This document shows positions 57,233-64,000 of a DNA stretch of 64,000 bases, one piece after another. The notes beneath the pieces are model-generated. The model did not search any database. It saw only the letters and a list, made by a program, of their open reading frames with translations, and was not told the DNA's origin. Positions within the stretch are counted from its first letter, which is position 1. Each line of letters opens with the position of its first letter. Made by a program: the position numbers and the translations under genes. Where the stretch lies: NCBI GenBank assembly GCA_951406725.2, contig OX597825.1:11470001-11534000 (forward strand), read 5' to 3'. Origin of the DNA: Octopus vulgaris. Its lineage: Eukaryota.

Positions 57233-57721
57233 TTTTTACTCTTTCACTTGTTTCAGTCATTTGACTGTGGCCATGCTGGAGCACCGCCTTTAGTCGAGCA
57301 AATCGGCCCTAGAACTTATTCTTTGTAAGCTTATTCTAACTTATTCTATCGGTCTCTTTTGTAAGCTTATTCTAACTTATTCTATCGGTCTCTTTTGCCG
57401 AACCGCTAGGTGACAGGGATGTAAACACACCAGCATCGGTTGTCAAGCGATGTAGGGGGACAAACACAGATACACAAACTTATACACACACACACACACT
57501 CACACACACACACATATATATATGTGTGAGTGTGCGTTTGTGTATATGCATATATATATACGACGGGCTTTTTTCAGTTTCCGTCTACCAAATCCACTCA
57601 CAAGGCTTTGGTCGGCCCGAGGCTATAGTAGAAGACACTTGCCGAAGGTGCCACGCAGTGGGACTGAACCCGGAACCATGTGGTTCGTAAGGAAGCTACT
57701 TACCACACAGCCACTCCTACG
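57233..57721 (-). mobile_element. SINE family B with an internal ~35-bp duplication
   Basis: Homology to other copies; GTAAGCTTATTCTAACTTATTCTATCGGTCTCTTTT occurs twice. Confidence 0.92.
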
Positions 57722-58422
57722 TCGAATATTTTTATGCAAAGCCTCATGCTTTATGTCGATAATTTATGGCTCTCATCCGTCACTTTTCGTTGTAAATAAA
57801 ATTGCTACTAGTTCTACTACTATAGGACATTACTTCGTCATATTGGTTTCAAATTTTAGAACAAGTTCCAGGGAGGTACTACGTCTTATTACATCGGCCC
57901 CAGTGCTCAATTAGTATTTATTTCCTCGACCCATAAAGGATGAAAAGCAAAGACAGCTACAATGAAATTTGAACTCAGAACGTAAAGACTAGCGAAATGC
58001 CACAAAGTATTATTGTCCTGCTTGTTACCGATCCTGCCAGCTCGCCGCCCTAAATTGCTGAGTCATAGTCAGTGGCAGAAACAATAGAAGGCCGGAATAT
58101 ATACATTATAGAATTTAGCTTCGTCGCTTTACGTGTTGACTTCCGAGGTTTGCAGTAGTTTCCTTCTTCCGGAGCCGATAAAAAAAGTTAATTAAACCTT
58201 TAAGGGTAAGTACAATAAAAAATATTTTAGTGTTCTTTTTTTTATAGTAAAATTCTTGTTATTTACTGTTCAGATTATATTTTATGGATATAATTTGAAA
58301 GGACGCTCGACAGTGTTGTTGGTAATGATTTTTTAATGTTTTTATAGCCACAAAGGGGACGATAATGATGCCAAAAGATGAATGATAATGGCGATAATGA
58401 TTGTTATGCTGTTGCTGCTGCC

Positions 58423-58462
<40 letters not shown>

Positions 58463-58670
58463 ATGATTCATCTAACAATCACAATGAAAAAAAATTTATA
58501 CCGTATGGTGTGATAATCTCGTTATAATTTTCTTTGTATTATGGTTTTTGTTTTTGTTATTTTTTATTTTAGTTTCGATTTTATGGTATTTTATATTTTT
58601 ATTTTTAATCTTATCGTTTATATGTATTACTTTTCTCACACTACTATTAGAAAGGATTTATATATACATA

Positions 58671-58702
<32 letters not shown>

Positions 58703-58724
58703 CATATATACATACATATATATA

Positions 58725-58755
<31 letters not shown>

Positions 58756-59059
58756 ATATATGTATATACATATATACATATATACATATATATGTATATA
58801 TGTATATATACATGTCTCTATATATATATACATGTCTATATATTGCATATATAGACATGTGTGTCAATAGACACACACACACACATATAGATATACATAT
58901 ATATATACATATGTACACATATATATATATGTATATATAAACATATATATATATTATCGTATGTGTATATGAATATATATATATATATATATGTACATAA
59001 ATATATATATATGTATATATATGTGTGTATATATATATATTCATGTATATATATATACT

Positions 59060-59103
<44 letters not shown>

Positions 59104-59459
59104 CATATATATATATATATATATACATATACACATATACACATGTCTATGTATGCAATATATGCATAATATGTAAGTGTATAAATACACACACACACAC
59201 ATATATATCAAGAAAGAAAGAAAGAAAGAATAAACCTGTTTTAATCTACCGAAGTTTCGCTATTAACAGCGGGCAGTCTGTGGAGTAATCAATAAACTGC
59301 AGACGAACACCTCTGAGACTTATTTTTGAATTATATCCATTGGCTTTCCACTCATTTAGCTTCACTGCCTCGAAACCAACCAGTATCTGGTCACGCATTG
59401 GTGAATATAGCTGCCGTGATATCAGGTTTGACAATGATTCAGCCATTAGATAAATATAT

Positions 59460-60920
59460 TGGAGAAAGAGAGGGAGAGAGGAAATTGGGAGAAAGAGAGA
59501 GAGAGAGAGAGGGAGAATTCAATAGAATGTGAGAATGTGTATGCTTAAAGAAAAATGAATGAACTGAGTCGAATTTTTGAGAGAATTGGCAGAGAAAAAA
59601 GCCTAGAGAGTTATAGAGAAGGAATAGGTTTTCGAAATAAAGGTAGCAGGAAAAGAGAAAGGGAGTAGAAGGAAGGAAATAGAAAAATATATTGAAGAGA
59701 AATAAAATGTTGGTGGATGATATTCAGACATGGAAATATGAAAAAGGAAAGAAAACGAAAATGAAATACAAATGTATAATGAGAGGAAGATGAAAAAGAA
59801 AGGCAGAAAGCAGGGAGAAAGAAGGAAAATAGAAAATAGAAAGAATGAATGAAAGAAATAAAGAAAAGAATATGATGGTTGATACAAAAGGAAGTGATAA
59901 ATATAAAGAGAAAGATATAGAGAAAGAGTTAGAGTGAATAACGAAAGTGAAGGGAGGATTTAAAAAAGAGAAATTATGTGAATTTGGGAAATAAAGGAAA
60001 TAATATACAGAACGAAAAATATACAGAACGAATGGAAGATGAGAAATAAACAAAAGAAAGAATATATAATTGGGGAGAGTGGGAGAGAGAGAGAGAGAGT
60101 GTGTGTGTGTGTGTATAGGAGAGAGACTGAGTGAATGAGTGGAAGAGAGAGAGGGAGAGAGAGTATATGATAGAGAGAGAGAGAAAGAGAGAGATTTGCA
60201 AAAGATCCCTAAAACAAAGCATAACGCAAAGAAAGGAATAAAAGAAACGTAAAAACAAGAAAAGAAAGAGGGTCCGAAGTTGGGTGGGGAAGTGTAAGCA
60301 TGAAGGAAAGAATTGAAGGAGAAAATCTTGAAGAACATGGAGAGAATGAATAAAGAATGATTGAAAAAGATGAGAAAGGAAAAGAGACAGAGTAGAGAGA
60401 GAAATAGTGAGAAAAGGGAAGGAAAAAGGAAGGTAGGGAGAAAGAAAAAAAAACAGGTGAGGAATGAAGAAAGAAATAAGGGAGAAAGATGGTAAAAAGA
60501 AAGGAAGGATGTAAGAAAGACGGGGAAAAACGAATGAAAGAAAGAAAGGAAGTGAAAGAAAATTAAGAAAATAAACACTGAAATATAATCCAAGAACGAG
60601 AGGGAAAAAACAGCGAAAAGCGAAAGAAAGAGAACTATATCGATGGAGAGATAGAGGGAGGGAGAAAGAAAGGGAGAAGGAGAAAGAGGGACAGAGAGAG
60701 AGGAAGTGAGAGGGGAAAGTGAAAGAGAGAAGAAGGGGGAAGGAAGAGAGTGGAAGTTTAGAAAACGAAAGACTTAGGAAATAGAGAAAGTGTCAATGAT
60801 TAAAATCGTAATTGTAATAAAAAAAAATTTCGAGCATAAAGAAAACGAAAGAGAAGGAACAAATATAGTGAAGCAGAGAGTGAAGAGTGAGAAGAAGCTG
60901 AGGTAGAGAAAATGTTGAGA
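59460..60920 (+). repeat. ~1.4-kb purine-rich low-complexity tract
   Basis: GA/AAG-rich with strong strand asymmetry. Confidence 0.85.
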
Positions 60921-60960
60921 AAAATAATATATATATATATATATACATAAATATCTTCCC

Positions 60961-61175
60961 AGATCGCCATGTTGATTCGCTAGCTTCTGCACGCATTTTT
61001 TTTCTCTCCTTGTTTCTTTCTGTGTTTCTTTTCTGTGTATCTTTCTGTTGAAGAGCGTAGGCTCGAAACGTAAAAGACTTGTTTTATTTATATTCCTGAG
61101 CGCCATACTAATAAATTTGTTTGTTTGTATTCCACCTGCCTTCGTCTTTTGTTTATTTTCATAAAGCTTCCCGTT
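60961..61175 (+). mobile_element. ~200-bp element with a minimal HHR motif (61040-61077)
   Basis: TCTTT-CTGTTGA-A-GAGC-GTAG-GCTC-GAAAC-GTA-AAAGA, with TA tracts nearby on both sides. Confidence 0.78.
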
Positions 61176-61271
61176 ATATATATACATATATATATATATA
61201 CATTCATATATATATATGTACTCTTTCACTGCTGTACTCTTTCACCACAACTTTCTCTCCCTCTTTCTTCT

Positions 61272-61322
<51 letters not shown>

Positions 61323-61449
61323 GAGGGTACTACTATTCGTAGATACCAACACGCTAAGAGGGACCAATGCGGTCAAAACTACTAAAAATAAACAAAATTT
61401 TACCGAATGCAAAACTTCAAAACACATCAGATTTTATCCTCAATTGTTA

Positions 61450-61492
<43 letters not shown>

Positions 61493-61497
61493 TTCAC

Positions 61498-61531
<34 letters not shown>

Positions 61532-61604
61532 AGCGAGAGAGAGGGTGAAAATGAAAGTAAAAGAGCAGAGTGAGACAGACAACAATTAGTTGTCCAATTG
61601 TAGA

Positions 61605-61951
61605 GGCGCAATGGCCCAGTGGTTAGGGCATCGGACGTGCGGTCATACGATCGCAATTTCGATTCTCAGACCGGGCGTTGTGAGTGTTTATTGAGCGAAA
61701 ACACCTAAAAGCTTCACCCTGCTGTACTCTTTCACCACAACTTTCTCTCCCTCTTTCTTCTTGTTTCTGATGTTCCTGTATTTCAAAGGGTCCAGCCTTG
61801 TCACACTCTGTCTCACGCTGAATCTGACCGAGAACTACGTTAGGGGTACACGGGTCTGTGGAGTGCTCAGCCACTTGCACGTTAATTTCACGAGCAGGCT
61901 GTTCCGTTGATCGGATCAAGTGGAACCCACGTCCTCGTAACCGACGGAGTG
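61605..61951 (+). mobile_element. tRNA-derived SINE family C
   Basis: Head GGCGCAATGGCCCAGTGGTTAGGGCA..TTCGATTC; tail shared with the 33576 copy. Confidence 0.85.
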
Positions 61952-61979
61952 TCACGCGTCGCCAAATTATAAGAGAGAT

Positions 61980-62013
<34 letters not shown>

Positions 62014-62042
62014 AGGAGAGAGAGAGAGAGAAGGTGAGAGAG

Positions 62043-62336
62043 AATGAAAGGCAAAGTTGACCTCGACAAAATTTGAACTCAGAACGTAACAGTAGACGAA
62101 ATACCTATTTCTTTGCTACCCACAAGGGGCTAAACACAGAGAGGACAAACAAGGACAGACAAACGGATTAAGTCGATTAAATCGACCCCAGTGCATAACT
62201 GGTACTTAATTTATCGACCCCGAAAGGATGAAAGGCAAAGTCGACTTCGGCGGAATTTGAACTCAGAACGTAGCGGCAGACGAAATACGGCTAAGCGTTT
62301 CGCCCGGCGTGCTAACGATTCTGCCAGCTTGCCGCC
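62043..62336 (-). mobile_element. SINE family A plus partial second unit
   Basis: Near-consensus; same multimer junction near 62100. Confidence 0.9.
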
Positions 62337-62706
62337 TTTAACGAGGTTAATGGTAAGAGACATTTTAATTAGACATTATGACATAAAATTATGAAATATC
62401 AACTCATACTAATAAATTAAGATAGATTAACTCTTTTTGGCAGTATATGATTATAAAGTATTAGACTTAAAAGAAAGATGAATAATTGCTAAATAGATGT
62501 GATTAATAATCTGGTGATTAATGAATGAAGCAGTGAGGACAAAGTAGTAGACGGAACTGTGCGGAATCTCATTACATATTTGTTATATTCGTGTGTCTGT
62601 TTGTTTGTGCGTGTGTGTATGTGTTTGTTTATGTGTGCGTGTGTTTGTATGTCTGTGTGTGCGTATGTTTTTGTGCTAATTACCGATGTATATATGCGTA
62701 CTTGTG

Positions 62707-62756
<50 letters not shown>

Positions 62757-62770
62757 GTTAGCATGCTCCA

Positions 62771-62849
62771 ACCGAATCTAGAAATAGAGTCAAAGAGATA
62801 TAGCTATTCCTTTAGCTATATCTCTTTGACTGCTATTTCTAAATTCGGT
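62771..62849. repeat. Near-perfect 36-bp hairpin with a 6-nt loop
   Basis: ACCGAATCTAGAAATAGAGTCAAAGAGATATAGCTA-TTCCTT-TAGCTATATCTCTTTGACTGCTATTTCTAAATTCGGT. Confidence 0.9.
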
Positions 62850-62871
62850 GTGTGGGAATTCGTCAAACTAA

Positions 62872-62926
<55 letters not shown>

Positions 62927-63117
62927 TTTCATCCAAAATGGGGACGACGAAAACACTATTCCTGCATGTGAACGGCTTGAAAAATTGTTAAAATATTCAG
63001 ATATTTTCTTAACAGAAACCAATGGTAGCCTTAATATAAAAATAAAGACATTCTGTCCACCAATGCAGCGTTGAGCACGCACGTCGTTCGACATTCACAC
63101 ACACACACATATATATA

Positions 63118-63280
63118 TGGGGAGAATTCACCCCTAAAAAACAACAAAAGACGAAGACAGGTGGTGTAGAAAACAATCGCTCAGGAATTGAAAAAGTCGT
63201 TAACGTTTCGAGCCTACGCTCTTCCACAGAAAGGAACACAGAAAGAAACAAGGAGAAGAAAATGTAGTGGCTAGCGATAT
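63118..63280 (-). mobile_element. ~160-bp element with a minimal HHR motif (63198-63233)
   Basis: Minus strand reads CTTT-CTGTGGA-A-GAGC-GTAG-GCTC-GAAAC-GTT-AACG. It abuts a Helitron-like element. Confidence 0.72.
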
Positions 63281-63281
63281 A

Positions 63282-63670
63282 TCTTTATATATAAAAGAGA
63301 GGTTGTGTGTCTGTCTCCTACGATTTAGATTCTTAACTACTCCCACATTTTGCGGTGCAGTTTAACCAAAACCGGGTATCTTATAGTCGTGATTCATATC
63401 GAGCCCTTCTGGGTATTAGCGCGCGTCTACGATTAAATAAAAAAAATTACCATCATTTTTTTCCATTTTAATGCATTTTTTTCGCTATTATATACGGAAA
63501 GTAACTCTCTAAAAATGTCTACGATGAGTCAACGATTAAAAAAAAAATACCATAATTTTTTTTTTCCATTTTTAATGCATTTTTTTGCTATTTTTTGGCT
63601 ATAAGTCTCTAAAAATGTTTATATAGTTATTTCCCTTACAAACCTGAGCAACGCCGGGCGATACTGCTAG
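63282..63670 (+). mobile_element. Non-autonomous Helitron-like element
   Basis: 5' A|TCTTTATATATAAAA; GC-rich subterminal segment CCTGAGCAACGCCGGG; 3' CTAG|T; no TSD; internal partial duplication. Confidence 0.75.
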
Positions 63671-64000
63671 TATATATATATATATATATCATATATATAT
63701 ATATATATATATATATGAGGTAGTTAGTCACTTAACTAGTTGACCAATTAACTAGTCGATTGTTTGATTAATCGTTGCACCAATCAGCCAGTCACCTGGT
63801 TTGTGAGACTTCGTCCAAGATACGACCTCGTTACTTCAGCTTTGTATCATCTTCATCCAACTCGTGATTGAATGACTGTTTCAGCACACATCGTAGAGAA
63901 TGCATTTACTGATGTGCTTTAGATATTTTTTTCATTTTTATTGTAGCGCATTTGGGAGAAAACTGCGCAAGTGTATGTGAGTGTGCGTACGTATGTGCGC

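Noticed and set aside
59603-60593. 289-aa Phe/Leu/Ser-rich ORF resembling a membrane protein
   Set aside because: Reverse complement of a GA-rich low-complexity tract; no domain features.

Overview
AT-rich eukaryotic non-coding DNA packed with microsatellites. The repeat content (several tRNA-derived SINE families in (TA)n, (CA)n, (TATC)n and (CATA)n tracts) suggests a coleoid cephalopod, probably Octopus; this is inferred from pattern recognition, not from a database search. No intact host gene can be supported, and almost all listed ORFs are microsatellite translations. Recognisable content: more than 25 SINE copies from three main families; decayed RTE, R4/Dong-like, Tx1/L1-like and Penelope-like (Naiad-type RT) retroelements; decayed mariner and Tc1 transposons; a MITE with an 8-bp TSD; two Helitron-like elements; and a tRNA-Gly-derived pseudogene. 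The main signal is a set of seven hammerhead-ribozyme (HHR) motifs in short Penelope-like elements. One is a fully canonical type I HHR (5608-5652) between 114-bp inverted arms. One is a decayed homologue (38971-39015) next to a Penelope-like RT relic. Five are minimal variant-core HHRs in ~160-220-bp elements next to (TA)n tracts. Two of the HHR elements sit inside the internal TA tract of a SINE.
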